A stretch of DNA of 64,000 bases from contig JBLHMO010000001.1 of NCBI GenBank assembly GCA_047622145.1, positions 570 to 64,569 on the forward strand. The letters run 5' to 3'. The notes under the pieces were generated by a model that saw only the letters and a list, made by a program, of their open reading frames with translations, ran no database searches and was not told the origin of the DNA. Positions 1 to 11,677 of the stretch are shown here, one piece after another. Made by a program: the position numbers and the translations under genes. Positions within the stretch are counted from its first letter, which is position 1. Every line of letters starts with the position of its first letter. The stretch comes from Paracoccaceae bacterium (GTDB lineage: Bacteria > Pseudomonadota > Gammaproteobacteria > Pseudomonadales > Spongiibacteraceae).

Positions 1-4
1 CGCT

Positions 5-1383
5 TTGGGGGCCTTTGGGGCCTCGCTGCTGATCACCATTGTGCTGGCCCTTGATATTGTGAGTTTTACGAGGCGATCTATTTCAATTTTGCATCGCGGT
101 ACCGAGCCCTGGTGCGGAGGTAGGCTGGATTATGAAGTTCCGCCGTTACACGGTGAACTGGGGCAGTTGGCCGAGTCATTCAGTCATATGGCGCGTAATT
201 TGCGTACTGCGATGAATGAAGTTAGGGCTGCGCGCGCCGACGCGGCCAGGCAGGCTAAGAGCAGCTTTCTCGTCAATATGAGTCATGAATTGCGTACACC
301 GATGAATGCCATAATCGGGTACAGCGAAATGATGATTGAAGAAGCTGTCGATGATGGCTCGATGTCGGTTGCTGAATTTTTACCTGACCTCGAAAAAGTG
401 CTTTCTTCCGGGCAACATTTATTCGCATTGATTGATGATGTGCTCGATATATCGAAAATCGAGAGCGGTAAAATGACGGTATATAACGAAGACGTAGATA
501 TTGATCGTCTGATGGGAGCGGTCCTCGTCACTGTGCAGCCGATTGCCGATAAAAATCGGACTAAGCTGGTGTACGCAAATAGCTTGCGCGATCAGCGCAC
601 GGCAACAGATGTGACTCGCTTCCGTCAGGTTTGTCTTAATCTTTTGAGTAATGCTGCCAAGTTTACGAACGATGGTGTTGTCAATGTTGGCGTGCGGGAT
701 GTGCGTGACAACGGCAGGGACTTCATTGAAGTGGCCGTTCGCGACACCGGAATAGGACTGTTGTCCGAGCAGCTGGAGCTGATTTTTGAGGCCTTTATCC
801 CAGCCGATTTGTCCACTACAAAGGAATATGGTGGCACAGGTCTGGGGCTTATGATTTCGAGAAAATTTTCTCAGCTTTTGGGTGGCGATATTTTCGTGGA
901 AAGTGAAGGTTCCCGAGGTTCCTGTTTTGTTTTTCGCCTGCCGCGACTGGAAGTAAGTTTACCTAAGTCAGTGGGGAGGCTGGCAGCAGAGTCCGCGCAC
1001 AATCCCAATGCGCTGGTACTGGTTGTTGATGACAATGAGGCTGCTCGTGAGATCAGTCTGCGTTTGCTGCACCAGGCGGGCTTTGAAGTTGTCGTAGCAT
1101 CATCGGGAGCCGAGGCGATTGAGGTCGCAATTCGCCGGATGTGATTATTCTGAGCGTAATGATGCCGGAGATCGGTGGTTGGCATGTGTTGGAATCCTTG
1201 CGAAATAATCAGCTGGCCAGGGAGATTCCCGTCATCATTCAGTCGATGGTTAACGAGCGCGAGATGGGCGATATGATGCATGTTGACGCGTACCTGGTGA
1301 AGCCAGCGGACAAGAATCAGTTGTTGGCCACGGTGCGCAGTGTGTTGTTCGCGCGATCCGAAAGTACCGGCGCGCGGGCTTGA
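5..1383 (+). pseudogene. Hybrid sensor histidine kinase/receiver, frameshifted; 5' end probably outside the window
   Basis: HAMP (GELGQLAESFSHM), H-box SHELRTPMNAIIG, N-box NLLSNAAKFT, G-boxes DTGIG and GGTGLGL. The receiver starts (LVLVVDDN) in ORF 5..1144 and continues in another frame (PDVIILSVMMP...YLVKP, 1141..1383). The phospho-Asp position reads Ser. Confidence 0.8.
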
Positions 1384-1389
1384 AATAGA

Positions 1390-1883
1390 AGGGGTTGGCT
1401 GCGCGTCCGCGGTTTTTTCAAGGTTTCTTCCAGCTGTCGGCGCTCCAGCTGCGAGGCTTCCAGTTTACGACTGGCGTCAATCAGAGCGCTTTGTTGGCTC
1501 TTTTTTTTTCTGCTGGCAGCCAAAGCGCTGTTAAGGCTTTCCCACAACAAATAATACCCGGGTTCGATGGGTCCGTCATTCAGCTCGGTGTGGCGCGCAA
1601 GCAGCATGTTCGCTTCGTCCAGCGACTCGTTGGTATCGCGTTATAGTAGGATCAGAATTGCGGCCGCTAGTGAGCGGCGTCGGTCACCAGATGTTGCGGT
1701 GTTGGAGTTGTAGATACTGCTGAATATGGGTTCGGCGTTTTTAAAATCACCGCTTCGGTGCAGTTCCAAGCCCTGCAGTAACTCTGCTGAACCGGTGCCG
1801 CTTTGCGATATCGCGCTGCAGCGAGCTAGCGCGAGCGCCAGAGCAAATAATGTGAGTCGGATAAGAACCTGGTTATGGGTAAT
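1390..1883 (-). pseudogene. Degraded lipoprotein with TPR-like and coiled-coil segments (QseG-like?)
   Basis: Hand translation: RLTLFALALALARC...ELLQGLELHRSGDFKNAEPIF stops at 1684. Another frame continues RRSLAAAILILL*(1641)RDTNESLDEANMLL...LERRQLEETLKK. No start codon seen. Confidence 0.5.
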
Positions 1884-2014
1884 CCGCGTCTTGGAGTTTT
1901 CCGGTATTGGTGATTCGATGCCTGCGCGGTAGTGATTTCGAGCGGCGGGCGAGAATCACTTTTCGTTATTGTCTGTGGCGTCGTGCTAGCACCGCGCTTG
2001 TGTTATCTGATAGT

Positions 2015-2044
2015 GGCGGCTTGCCTGAAATCAGGCAAGCCGCC
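2015..2044. terminator. Hairpin downstream of rpoD
   Basis: Perfect inverted repeat GGCGGCTTGCCTGA-aa-TCAGGCAAGCCGCC, 14 nt after the rpoD stop; no strong U-tract. Confidence 0.65.
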
Positions 2045-2058
2045 TCAGCGCAAGCTGC

Positions 2059-3852
2059 TTACTCGTCTAGGAAGCTGCGCAAATGATCGGAGCGCGTGGG
2101 GTGGCGCAATTTGCGCAAGGCCTTTGCTTCGATTTGACGGATACGCTCGCGGGTAACATCGAACTGTTTGCCAACCTCTTCCAGAGTGTGGTCGGTGTTC
2201 ATGTCGATACCAAAACGCATTCGCAGCACTTTTGCTTCACGTGCTGTGAGTCCTGCGAGCACGTCACGGGTAGATTCGCGCAGGCCTTCGCCCGTGGCAG
2301 AATCTACGGGCGAAGAAATGGTGCTGTCTTCAATGAAATCACCCAGATGCGAATCTTCATCGTCGCCAATGGGGGTTTCCATTGAGATTGGCTCTTTGGC
2401 GATTTTCAGCACCTTACGAACCTTGTCTTCAGGCATTTCCATGCGCTCACCCAACTCTTCCGGTGTGGGTTCACGCCCCATTTCCTGAAGCATTTGTCGC
2501 GAGATGCGGTTGAGCTTGTTGATGGTTTCGATCATGTGCACGGGAATACGGATCGTGCGGGCCTGATCTGCAATTGAGCGGGTAATGGCCTGGCGAATCC
2601 ACCATGTGGCATAGGTAGAGAATTTGTAGCCGCGGCGATATTCAAATTTATCGACAGCTTTCATCAGGCCGATATTGCCTTCTTGGATCAGATCCAGGAA
2701 TTGCAGGCCACGGTTGGTGTATTTTTTTGCAATTGAGATAACCAGGCGCAGGTTGGCTTCAACCATTTCTTTTTTGGCGCGGCGGGCACGGGCCTCGCCG
2801 ATAGACATACGGCGGTTAATTTCTTTTATGTCAGCGATGGTTAAATCATAGCCGGCTTCAACCAGCGAGGTTTTTTTCTGTAGCCGCACTACTTCGCTGC
2901 GTACCGATTCCAGCTCTGGGTGCGCTTTGGTGTGGCTATCCAGCCACTTCAAATTGGTCTCATTGCCTTGGTAATCGCGAATAAAGGTTTTGCGATCCAT
3001 TTTGCCGATGACGACACACAGGCGCATAACTTCGCGTTCGAGTACGCGAATATCCGTGAGTGTAGTGCGCACAGCTTTTGTTAGTGGGTCAAACATGCTG
3101 GGGGTGAGCTTGAGAAATTTGAAGCTCTCGGCCAGTTTGTGCAATTCTTTGGCGGTTTGCTTGCTGTAGCGCCCATTCTTTTGGATGGATTTCTGAACGC
3201 TAGCCATCGCCTTGCGAATTTCACCAAAGCGGCGGGCTGCTATTTCGGGATCTGGGCCATTGTCACTGGCGTCGTCGTCATCAGATTCGCTGCTGGCTGC
3301 ATTGGCTGCTGCGATTTCCGCTGGCGTAGGAACGCTGTCGGCGGGATCGAGGTAGCCGCTGATAATATCAGCCAAGCGACGCTCCTCATTGAGGACTTTG
3401 TCGTACTCGGTCATGACCGATTCGACCGTGCCGGGGAAGTAGGCCAGCGCGGACATCACTTCGCGAATACCTTCCTCAATCCGTTTGGCGATAACGATTT
3501 CGCCTTCGCGGGTGAGCAGTTCAACCGTACCCATTTCACGCATATACATGCGCACTGGGTCGGTGGTACGCCCAGCTTCGGATTCCACGGCAGCTAGCGC
3601 CGCGGCGGCTTCTGCAGAGGCGATATCGTCGGGTGAATCACTGCCAGCCATCAGCAGGGTATCGGCGTCAGGAGCGTGTTCGTACACCTGAATGCCCATG
3701 TCGTTGATCATTTGAATGATTTCTTCAACCTGATCCGGGTCGGAAATGTCTTCAGGCAAGTGGTCGTTCACCTCGGCATAGGTGATGTAACCCTGTTCTT
3801 TGCCTTTGGCTATCAGGTGCTTCAGTCTTGATGTTCGCTGAGAAGTGCTCAT
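2059..3852 (-). CDS. rpoD: RNA polymerase sigma-70 factor RpoD
   Basis: Region 1.1 [49 protein letters not shown], region 4 [12 protein letters not shown] at 3852 follows GAGGA. Confidence 0.99.
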   Translation of the reverse strand: MSTSQRTSRLKHLIAKGKEQGYITYAEVNDHLPEDISDPDQVEEIIQMINDMGIQVYEHAPDADTLLMAGSDSPDDIASAEAAAALAAVESEAGRTTDPVRMYMREMGTVELLTREGEIVIAKRIEEGIREVMSALAYFPGTVESVMTEYDKVLNEERRLADIISGYLDPADSVPTPAEIAAANAASSESDDDDASDNGPDPEIAARRFGEIRKAMASVQKSIQKNGRYSKQTAKELHKLAESFKFLKLTPSMFDPLTKAVRTTLTDIRVLEREVMRLCVVIGKMDRKTFIRDYQGNETNLKWLDSHTKAHPELESVRSEVVRLQKKTSLVEAGYDLTIADIKEINRRMSIGEARARRAKKEMVEANLRLVISIAKKYTNRGLQFLDLIQEGNIGLMKAVDKFEYRRGYKFSTYATWWIRQAITRSIADQARTIRIPVHMIETINKLNRISRQMLQEMGREPTPEELGERMEMPEDKVRKVLKIAKEPISMETPIGDDEDSHLGDFIEDSTISSPVDSATGEGLRESTRDVLAGLTAREAKVLRMRFGIDMNTDHTLEEVGKQFDVTRERIRQIEAKALRKLRHPTRSDHLRSFLDE

Positions 3853-4057
3853 TAGTCCTCGATGCTCGTCAACTCGTACCTGTTCGGGGCCCAGGCGTTG
3901 CGCGCGACCCGATAGATTGGGCTGCACTAAAACGCTGGAGCGTATCCGGTGAAGAGTACGCAGGGCAAATAGCCGCGCATTATACCTGATGGGCAGCTCG
4001 CGCCACCAGTGCGAAGTGTTACTTTCTCCTGTTAGGCAGGGGCAGGGCCTAAGTGTT

Positions 4058-5872
4058 TTAAGCCTTGCGGCTGAGCATCTCCCTCAGTTTTTGTTTGTCG
4101 GCGTCACTTAAATCAGCGTAGTTGGCATTGCGGAGTTTGTCGACTGTGCTGCTGAGTTGTTGGTGATGCTGTCGCTCGCGCAGGTGGTTCAGGCACTCTT
4201 GAAGCGCGGCCGCAGCCTTTTCGCTGTCGTAGTTGGGTTTTTCCAGGCTGAGGGCCTGGGTAAGCACCTCGCCCTCGGCCAGCCCCTGCCAGTGCCCAAG
4301 TAGCATGGCGGTGCTACTTTCCGGGCGCTTCGCCAGCAGTGCAAGAATGGATTCCAGTGTGGCCTTGTAGGGGTTGTCGAACTCGGGCAGTTGCTCACCC
4401 TGCAGGGCTGAGGCTGCGCTGGGGTGGAGCAGCAGCAGGCTGATCATATAGAGCAGGGTGTCGCGCTTGGAAATCGGCAGGGGTGCTGCAGCGAAGTGCT
4501 TTTTGGGTTTTGGCTCTGCCGGTTCGCGAGCAGACGCGTCTAGCGTGCCCAGTGCTGGTGAGTGTGATTCCTGCGGAGGATTGTGCTGCAGGATATTCTG
4601 CAGCGCATTGGAGCTGAGGCCAGTGCGCTGGGACAGCGCCTCCATCATTAATTCTCGGTACACGCCCGGGGGGAGTAGCTGAATCAGCGGGGCTGCGCGT
4701 TTGCTGACCCGCGCCTTGCCTTCCAGTGAGTCGGTGTTAACGCCTTCGCTCATTGCGGCAAAAAAATAGTCTTCCAGTGGCGTGGCGCTTAACACCTGCT
4801 GTTCGAAGCGGCTGGTGCCAATTGCGCGCACCTGGGTGTCGGGATCTTCGCCGTCCGGCATAAACAGGAATCGCGCTTGACGTCCATCCTCCATAACCGG
4901 CAGCACGGTCTCCAGTGCGCGTCTTGCGGCTTTGCGGCCGGCTTCGTCGCCATCGAAACAGAACACGACTTCCGGGCAATAGCGAAAGACTTTGCGCAGG
5001 TGGTCTTCGCTAGTCGCTGTGCCTAAGGTGGCAACGGCGTAGGGAATGCCGTGCTGGGCCAGCGCGACCACGTCCATATAGCCTTCGACAATAATCAGTC
5101 GCTCAAGGTTGCGAACGGCTTTGCGGGCTTGATAAAGGCCGTAAAGCTCACGGCCTTTGTGAAATATCTCAGTTTCCGGCGAGTTCAGGTATTTGGGCTT
5201 GTCGTCGCCCAAAACCCGGCCGCCAAAAGCGATAATCTGTCCGCGATTGTCGAGAATGGGGAACATGATGCGATCGCGAAAGCGGTCGTACAGTTTGTTG
5301 TCGCCGCTGATCAGCATGCCGGCGTCTATCAGTAATTGCTTTGTCTGTTCGTCACAGCCTAGGGCCTGTAGCAAATTGTCCCAGCCAGGTGGGGCAAAGC
5401 CGATTTGGAAGGCCTTGGCGATCTCGCCGGTCAAGCCCCGATGTTTGAGGTAGTCTTTGGCTCGGGAGCTGTCGCCGTGGGTCTTTAATTGTTTTTCGTA
5501 GTGCTCTGCGCAGTTCGCCATGAGCGAGTGCAGGTCTTTGCGCTTGCCGGCCTTTTCCGGGTTTTCAGCGCGTTCTCTGGGAACTTCCAGGCCGGCCACG
5601 GTTGCCAGTGTGTCGACCGCCTGCGGAAACTCAAGGCGCTCATATTCCATCAGAAAGCCAATCGCATTGCCGCCGGCACCGCAGCCAAAGCAATAGTAAA
5701 ACTGTTTATCCGGGTTGACGCTGAAGGAGGGTGTTTTTTCGTCGTGAAAGGGGCAGCGGGCGGTGTAGTTTTGGCCGGTCTTTTTCAGTGGGACGCGGCG
5801 GTCCACCACCTCGACAATGTCGACGCGGGCCAGCAATTCATCAATGAAATGTTGGGGAATTAGGCCTTTCAT
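4058..5872 (-). CDS. dnaG: DNA primase
   Basis: Zn finger [11 protein letters not shown]...[25 protein letters not shown] and FDGDEAG. Confidence 0.99.
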   Translation of the reverse strand: MKGLIPQHFIDELLARVDIVEVVDRRVPLKKTGQNYTARCPFHDEKTPSFSVNPDKQFYYCFGCGAGGNAIGFLMEYERLEFPQAVDTLATVAGLEVPRERAENPEKAGKRKDLHSLMANCAEHYEKQLKTHGDSSRAKDYLKHRGLTGEIAKAFQIGFAPPGWDNLLQALGCDEQTKQLLIDAGMLISGDNKLYDRFRDRIMFPILDNRGQIIAFGGRVLGDDKPKYLNSPETEIFHKGRELYGLYQARKAVRNLERLIIVEGYMDVVALAQHGIPYAVATLGTATSEDHLRKVFRYCPEVVFCFDGDEAGRKAARRALETVLPVMEDGRQARFLFMPDGEDPDTQVRAIGTSRFEQQVLSATPLEDYFFAAMSEGVNTDSLEGKARVSKRAAPLIQLLPPGVYRELMMEALSQRTGLSSNALQNILQHNPPQESHSPALGTLDASAREPAEPKPKKHFAAAPLPISKRDTLLYMISLLLLHPSAASALQGEQLPEFDNPYKATLESILALLAKRPESSTAMLLGHWQGLAEGEVLTQALSLEKPNYDSEKAAAALQECLNHLRERQHHQQLSSTVDKLRNANYADLSDADKQKLREMLSRKA

Positions 5873-6030
5873 GTGTGCGTTGCGCTCGACGAGAGACGGA
5901 AAACTTTATTGCGCTATTGTGCCCGCTTTTATGTCGCCCGTCTTCCGGTCGGCACAACGCCTACCGGTAAGGACAAGTGCAGTAATTGCAGTGCTTTTGA
6001 ATATGCGTCGCTGTTGGCTTAAGGCGGTGC

Positions 6031-6483
6031 TTATTGTAACGTTGACTTAACGCGCTGGCTGACTTGGCCGACGTCGGCGCGCCCCTGAATTTGGGGCTTG
6101 AGAATGGCCATAACCTGGCCCATGCCTTTGATCGACTCAGCGCCCGTTTCGCTAATGGCTTGTGCAACGAGCGTGTCCAGCTCTTGTTCGGTGAGCTGCT
6201 GTGGCAGAAAGCTTTGAATAACAGCGATCTCGGCGTATTCGACGGCAGCTAGCTCGGGCCTGTCGGCATCTTCATATTGTTTTATGGAGTCGCGGCGCTG
6301 CTTGCACATCTTGTCGAGCACGGCTAAACAGCGCGCATCATCGATGTCGATGCGCTCGTCTATTTCTATACGCTTGAAGTCGGCAAGGATCAGCCGAATT
6401 GCGGAAAGACGTTCCTTGTTCCTAGCCTTCATCGCGGCCTTCATGGCCTCGGTGACGGTGCTGATCAAGGGTTGCTCTGCCAT
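6031..6483 (-). CDS. GatB/YqeY domain protein
   Basis: MKAAMKAR...KQRRDSI...FLPQQL...MGQVM pattern; usual position between rpsU and dnaG. Confidence 0.93.
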   Translation of the reverse strand: MAEQPLISTVTEAMKAAMKARNKERLSAIRLILADFKRIEIDERIDIDDARCLAVLDKMCKQRRDSIKQYEDADRPELAAVEYAEIAVIQSFLPQQLTEQELDTLVAQAISETGAESIKGMGQVMAILKPQIQGRADVGQVSQRVKSTLQ

Positions 6484-6496
6484 GGCGGGAGCCTGC

Positions 6497-6712
6497 TTAG
6501 TAGAGTCGCTGCTGCTTTTTCGTTTCGCGAGAGACTTTCTTCGCGTGACGTTTTACCGCGGCTGCTGCCTTGCGCTTGCGCACTGATGTGGGCTTTTCGT
6601 AAAACTCACGGCGACGTACTTCTGCCAGCACGCCAGCTTTTTCGCAAGAGCGTTTGAAGCGACGCAGGGCGATATCAAACGGTTCGTTCTCTTTGACTTT
6701 TACAAAGGGCAT
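6497..6712 (-). CDS. rpsU: 30S ribosomal protein S21
   Basis: [34 protein letters not shown]. Confidence 0.99.
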   Translation of the reverse strand: MPFVKVKENEPFDIALRRFKRSCEKAGVLAEVRRREFYEKPTSVRKRKAAAAVKRHAKKVSRETKKQQRLY

Positions 6713-6817
6713 TCACATTACCTGTCTGGTTCAAACTGTACTGTAACCCGCCATTAATCAGGGTCCGCCAGAGCTTGCGCGAATCAAAATACATTGACGT
6801 GTCTTCAAGGGCGGGCA

Positions 6818-6846
6818 ATTCTAAACGCAGTGCGCCCAAAAAGCAA
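6818..6846 (-). promoter_or_regulatory. Sigma70-type promoter for the rpsU operon
   Basis: TTGCTT-17 bp-TAGAAT on the minus strand, followed by a GC-rich discriminator. Confidence 0.55.
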
Positions 6847-6956
6847 AGTAGAATCGACTACTTGTCTGGTGCTGTTGGCATTGAGCCAGTAAGATGCGCG
6901 CATTCCGGCCAATCTTGGCTGTAATTACCGGAATTTTCAGGGAATTGAGGGCGCCA

Positions 6957-8003
6957 ATGAGCACAGTCGAAAGGGTTTTGGGGATTGAAACCTCCTGCGA
7001 CGAAACCGGGGTGGCAATTTACGATGGCCGTCGCGGCCTGCTGGCCCATCGCCTCTTTAGTCAGGTCGCCCTCCATGAGGAATTTGGCGGGGTTGTGCCA
7101 GAACTGGCCTCTCGCGACCACATCCGCAAACTTGCTCCCTTAATAGACCAAGTACTGGCCGATGCCGGTATGCAGCGCCGTGATCTTGATGGTGTTGCCT
7201 ATACTCAGGGCCCAGGTTTAGTAGGTGCATTGATGGTGGGTGCCTGCTTTGGTCGTGCACTGGCCTACGGTTTGGGGGTGCCAGCGCTCGGTATTCATCA
7301 TATGGAAGGGCATCTGCTGGCTCCTATGCTGGAAGAAGGTCGCCCCGAATTTCCCTTTGTCGCGCTGTTGGTGTCGGGTGGGCATACACAGCTGGTGCGG
7401 GTCGATGCGGTGGGTGAGTATCATATATTGGGCGAATCGCTTGATGATGCCGCCGGCGAAGCCTTCGACAAAACGGCAAAAATGCTGGAGTTGGGCTATC
7501 CGGGCGGCCCCAAGTTGGCGGCACTGGCGGAATCGGGCAATTCAGAGCGCTTTACTTTTCCGCGGCCCATGGTTAACCGTCCAGGCTTGGATTTTAGCTT
7601 TAGCGGTTTAAAAACCTATACTTTAAATACGGTCGCGGCCTGTCGAGCCCAGCGTGGCGGCGAGCTTGTGGACGAGGATCGCGCCGATATTGCCAGGGCC
7701 TTTCAGGATGCCGTAGTGAGCACACTGTTAATCAAATGCCGCCGGGCGCTGAAACAGGAAGGGCTAGCGCAGCTGGTTATCGCCGGGGGCGTGAGCGCGA
7801 ACACGCAATTACGCGCCGCCTTGGCAGAAGAAATGACCAAAGTGCGAGGGCGAGTTTTTTACCCCCGCGCTGAATTTTGTACCGATAACGGTGCCATGAT
7901 TGCCTACGCGGGTTATTGCCGGCTGCACGCAGGGCTGGAAGATGGACTGGCGGTTTCGGTCAGGCCGCGCTGGCCGATGACGGAGCTTGTGGGGCTGGTT
8001 TGA
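6957..8003 (+). CDS. tsaD: tRNA t6A37 threonylcarbamoyltransferase TsaD
   Basis: [55 protein letters not shown]. Confidence 0.98.
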   Translation: MSTVERVLGIETSCDETGVAIYDGRRGLLAHRLFSQVALHEEFGGVVPELASRDHIRKLAPLIDQVLADAGMQRRDLDGVAYTQGPGLVGALMVGACFGRALAYGLGVPALGIHHMEGHLLAPMLEEGRPEFPFVALLVSGGHTQLVRVDAVGEYHILGESLDDAAGEAFDKTAKMLELGYPGGPKLAALAESGNSERFTFPRPMVNRPGLDFSFSGLKTYTLNTVAACRAQRGGELVDEDRADIARAFQDAVVSTLLIKCRRALKQEGLAQLVIAGGVSANTQLRAALAEEMTKVRGRVFYPRAEFCTDNGAMIAYAGYCRLHAGLEDGLAVSVRPRWPMTELVGLV

Positions 8004-8055
8004 GCGCCTTAACTAATACAGGGCAGGCGACCTGGGGCGAGAGGGGAGGCGAATA

Positions 8056-8412
8056 ATGGACAAAATACGCGTAAGCGGCCTGAAAGTGATGACAATCGTC
8101 GGGATATTTGACTGGGAAAGGGAAGTTCCCCAGCCAGTCATTCTTGACCTGGAAATGGCGACCGATATTCGCGCAGCAGCAGCCGCGGATGATATTCACG
8201 CGACCATTGATTATAAAGCTGTGAGCGATCGACTCGCAGAGTTTGTCAGCACGAATCAGTTTCGCTTGATCGAAACCCTTGCCGAGCAGTGCGCTGATAT
8301 TGTGTTGCAAGAATTTGGGGTCTCTTCATTGACCTTGCGGGTCAGCAAGCCTGAGGCGATACCCACGGCTGCTACTGTCTCTGTTGAAATCACGCGGCAG
8401 CGCGATGCCTGA
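8056..8412 (+). CDS. folB: Dihydroneopterin aldolase
   Basis: GIFDWER, IDYKAV, LIETLAE, SKPEA; RBS GGAGG. Confidence 0.96.
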   Translation: MDKIRVSGLKVMTIVGIFDWEREVPQPVILDLEMATDIRAAAAADDIHATIDYKAVSDRLAEFVSTNQFRLIETLAEQCADIVLQEFGVSSLTLRVSKPEAIPTAATVSVEITRQRDA

Positions 8413-8890
8413 GGTCTATATCGGCATTGGCAGCAATGTTGCACGCGAGGCGAATATTCGCAGCGGTCTGAAGGCGCTAGCCCAAGAGTTTGGCGACATT
8501 GAATTGTCTCCCGTGTATTGCAGTGAGGCGGTAGGCTTTCGTGGCGCTGCCTTTTTGAATCTGGTGGCGCGTTTTAGTACCGCACTGCCGGTGTTGGAAT
8601 TGAGTCAGAGCTTGCGCGCGATTGAAAGGGCGCATGGTCGTGGCGACAATATGCCTAAATTCAGCTCGCGCACACTGGACCTTGATATTCTGCTGTACGG
8701 TGACGCCGAGGGTGAGATTGACGGCGTGGTGCTGCCGCGTGAAGAAGTGCTCTACAACGCTTTTGTACTCAGACCCTTGTCGGAGTTGGCACCCGATGGC
8801 CTGCACCCGCGTGCGCGGAAAAGTTTTTTGGAATTATGGCAGGAATTATCAACCAGTACCGAGCAGCGGCTTGAGAAAGTAGACCTGTAA
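8405..8890 (+). CDS. folK: HPPK (6-hydroxymethyl-dihydropterin pyrophosphokinase)
   Basis: YIGIGSN, FLNLV, RTLDLDILLY, FVLRPL; overlaps the folB end. Confidence 0.95.
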   Translation: MPEVYIGIGSNVAREANIRSGLKALAQEFGDIELSPVYCSEAVGFRGAAFLNLVARFSTALPVLELSQSLRAIERAHGRGDNMPKFSSRTLDLDILLYGDAEGEIDGVVLPREEVLYNAFVLRPLSELAPDGLHPRARKSFLELWQELSTSTEQRLEKVDL

Positions 8891-8937
8891 AAAGTGCGAT
8901 TGCTAACGGTGCGCTTGAGCAGCAATGGCCCGTTCTC

Positions 8938-9693
8938 TTATTGCGACAGTGTTCTACCGCCGTCTACCGCAATAGTTTGCCCCGTTATATAGGGCGCATC
9001 ACACACTAAAAACGCAACCGTTTTCGCTATGTCGTCTGGGCTGCCAATGCGCTCTAGTGGCACTTTGTCTTTCATATTGCGCTGTTCCTGCGCGCTAAAA
9101 TCGGAATGTTGTTCCGGCCAGAGTATGGCGCCCGGCGCGATCGAATTCACCCTAATGGCGGGTGCGAGTTCAAGGGCCAGTGATTTGCTCAGCATGACGA
9201 GCGCCGCTTTGGCACTGCAATATACGCTGTGTTGCACCAGCGGGCGCTCGGCGTAAATGTCCGCCATATTGATAATGCAGCCCTGAGCGGCGCGTAGGGC
9301 TTCAGTGAAGGCCTGTGCCAGAAACAAGGGCGCGCGCACATTGCTGACGAACAATCGATCCCAATCCTCGGGCGTTACTGTACCCAAAGGCGTCGGGTAA
9401 AAATCTGAGGCATTGTTGATTAAGGCGTCGAGCCGGCCGAAGCGTTTGAGTACGGCGTCGGCAAAACCCGGCAAAGCGTCGATGTCGGCAAAGTCTGCCG
9501 CGATAGCGGCCGCGGAGTCTGCGCGTTTTTCATTTAATTCCGTGCACAGGGTATTGGCGGCTTCGGCTGATTGGCGGTAGTGAACGAGGACGCTGTAACC
9601 GCGAGCGTGCAGTGTTTGTGCTACTGCTCTGCCAATGCGCTGGGCGGCGCCGGTAATCAGAGCAACGGGTTCAGGGTGCAGAGTCGTGGTCAT
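8938..9693 (-). CDS. Pteridine reductase (FolM/PTR1-like SDR)
   Basis: TGAAQRIG, INNAS, YCSAK, VNSIAPG, YITGQTIAVDGG; lies next to folBK. Confidence 0.88.
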   Translation of the reverse strand: MTTTLHPEPVALITGAAQRIGRAVAQTLHARGYSVLVHYRQSAEAANTLCTELNEKRADSAAAIAADFADIDALPGFADAVLKRFGRLDALINNASDFYPTPLGTVTPEDWDRLFVSNVRAPLFLAQAFTEALRAAQGCIINMADIYAERPLVQHSVYCSAKAALVMLSKSLALELAPAIRVNSIAPGAILWPEQHSDFSAQEQRNMKDKVPLERIGSPDDIAKTVAFLVCDAPYITGQTIAVDGGRTLSQ

Positions 9694-9696
9694 AGT

Positions 9697-10791
9697 TCAA
9701 GGCTCTCGTTTTTGCAGCAAGCGCTGTATGCGTTCCAGCCGCTGTTCGCGAAGGGCCTGGCCCAGCGCTTTGCCGGTGACGCCCTGTGCCTGCAAGTCTT
9801 CGCTGCTAAGGGTTCTAATGGCGTTTGCGGCATCACGATAGACTGCGTATTTAGCACCGGTTCGCACTTGCTCGATGCCGATGACCTGTTCCAGCCGCTC
9901 GGGGCGGCGCAAAAAATCGCTTTGTTCCAGTACCTGAAAAATTTGCTGAGCGCTGGGAGCCGCTTCCGGTAGTGGCCTTAGTTTTATATGGAGTGATGCC
10001 AACAGCTTGTGCGCTTTTGGGGTGGAGATAGCCTCACACAGGGCTGTGAGCTGAGTGTCGGTTAGCTTCATGCAGCTAATGGCAAATCGTTGCTCGGTGT
10101 TTAGTCCTAGGCTGGCAGCTCGGTGAAGTACGGCATACACCTCCTCGTCCAAGCTTTTTGCCCAAGTGGGGGCAAGTTCGCTAAGGGCGCCACAGTTTTG
10201 TAGAACCTGTAGCAGGATTTGAGGGGATATTTCGTTCAAGCCTTTAGCGAGTTCCTGCCAGATACGTTCGCGGGCGAGTTCTTGCAGTTCACCGCTATTG
10301 CTGAGCTGCTGCATCAAAGCCTGGGTTTCCTCGGCAATGCTAAAACCTAGGTGATGATAGCGGGCGGCGAAGCGTGCTACCCGCAACACCCTCAGCGGGT
10401 CTTCGGCAAAGGCGAAAGACACGTGACGCAATACCCTCGCATCGAGATCGGCTTTGCCGCCATAGGGGTCTATCAACTGTCCGTCGTCGAGCATGGCCAT
10501 GGCATTGATGGTGAGATCGCGGCGCTCGAGATCCTGCTCGAGCGTGACGTCCGGGTGGGCGTCTATTTCAAAGCCGTGGTAGCCGTGCCCGCTTTTGCGC
10601 TCGGTGCGCGCGAGTGCGTATTCTTCGTTGCTGTCGGGGTGGAGAAATACCGGAAAGTCTTTGCCGACCTGCTTAAAGCCTGCGTCCAACATGTCTTTTG
10701 GTGTGCTGCCCACTACGACCCAATCGGTTTCCGTGTAGGGAAATTCAAGCAATTGGTCGCGCACGGCGCCGCCCACGCGATAGCAGTTCAT
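9697..10791 (-). CDS. cca: CCA tRNA nucleotidyltransferase, short form
   Basis: [43 protein letters not shown]. Confidence 0.95.
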   Translation of the reverse strand: MNCYRVGGAVRDQLLEFPYTETDWVVVGSTPKDMLDAGFKQVGKDFPVFLHPDSNEEYALARTERKSGHGYHGFEIDAHPDVTLEQDLERRDLTINAMAMLDDGQLIDPYGGKADLDARVLRHVSFAFAEDPLRVLRVARFAARYHHLGFSIAEETQALMQQLSNSGELQELARERIWQELAKGLNEISPQILLQVLQNCGALSELAPTWAKSLDEEVYAVLHRAASLGLNTEQRFAISCMKLTDTQLTALCEAISTPKAHKLLASLHIKLRPLPEAAPSAQQIFQVLEQSDFLRRPERLEQVIGIEQVRTGAKYAVYRDAANAIRTLSSEDLQAQGVTGKALGQALREQRLERIQRLLQKREP

Positions 10792-10840
10792 CGCTTTGTT
10801 TGTCCGCGGTACCCAGGATAATTTTTTTTCCGCTGGAAAA

Positions 10841-11665
10841 TCATTGCTGTTTCGCGCTGCAGTCGCATTGATGCAAGTCTCTGGTATCCATATTCAGTAG
10901 CGTAAGTTTGCGACCCCACACGCAGCCGGTATCCAGCGCGATACAGTCGTCGCGACCGGTTTTTCCCTCCAGTGCTGCCCAGTGCCCAAATAGTTGGGTT
11001 TCGCTGCGAGGCTGAGTTTCTGGCCAGCTAAACCAAGGCGCCATGCCGACCGGAATCTCGTCGACAGCGCCCTTATAAGCCAGATCCAGTGTGCCATCCT
11101 CGCTGCAGCAGCGCATGCGGGTAAAGTAATTGGTCAGGGTGCGCAGGCGGCTGGTGCCACTGAGCGTAGCTGACCAGCGCGCAGGTTCGTCGCCATACAT
11201 ATCGCGCAGGAAGGTATCGACGAGGACATCGTCCTGGAGAGTGAGGCTGATTTCCTCGCTGTAGCTAAGCGCTGCCTCGGTACTCCAGATGTGGGGAATG
11301 CCGGCATGGGTCATGACGTAATCGCCCTCATCGGCACGAATGCAGAGGGGGAGGCTGCGAAACCAAGCTAAAAATGTGTCGAGTTGCGGAGATTGCAGCA
11401 AGGGTTCGAGGCTGGCGTGGCGGCCCCTAGCCGTGGCGCTTCGAGCGAGTGCCAGCAGGTGCAAGTCGTGATTGCCGAGCACAATACGCAGGCTGTCACG
11501 AATAGGGTATAAGCATTCCAGTGTTTCCAACGACTGGGCGCCGCGATTAACCAAATCGCCAACGAGCCAGAGTTCGTCTTTGCCGGGCGTGAAGGAGACT
11601 TCTTCGAGCAGGCACTGTAGTGGCTTGAAACAGCCCTGAATATCGCCGACGGCGTAACGGGTCAT
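10841..11665 (-). CDS. apaH: Symmetrical Ap4A hydrolase
   Basis: [39 protein letters not shown]. Confidence 0.97.
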   Translation of the reverse strand: MTRYAVGDIQGCFKPLQCLLEEVSFTPGKDELWLVGDLVNRGAQSLETLECLYPIRDSLRIVLGNHDLHLLALARSATARGRHASLEPLLQSPQLDTFLAWFRSLPLCIRADEGDYVMTHAGIPHIWSTEAALSYSEEISLTLQDDVLVDTFLRDMYGDEPARWSATLSGTSRLRTLTNYFTRMRCCSEDGTLDLAYKGAVDEIPVGMAPWFSWPETQPRSETQLFGHWAALEGKTGRDDCIALDTGCVWGRKLTLLNMDTRDLHQCDCSAKQQ

Positions 11666-11677
11666 GCGAGCACCGGT

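Noticed and set aside
3853-3927. N-terminal extensions in the ORF track (rpoD, tsaD, dusB, DUF3426, tyrS, dsbD, Nudix)
   Set aside because: Downstream ATGs with an RBS or matching family N-termini fit better, so starts were trimmed.
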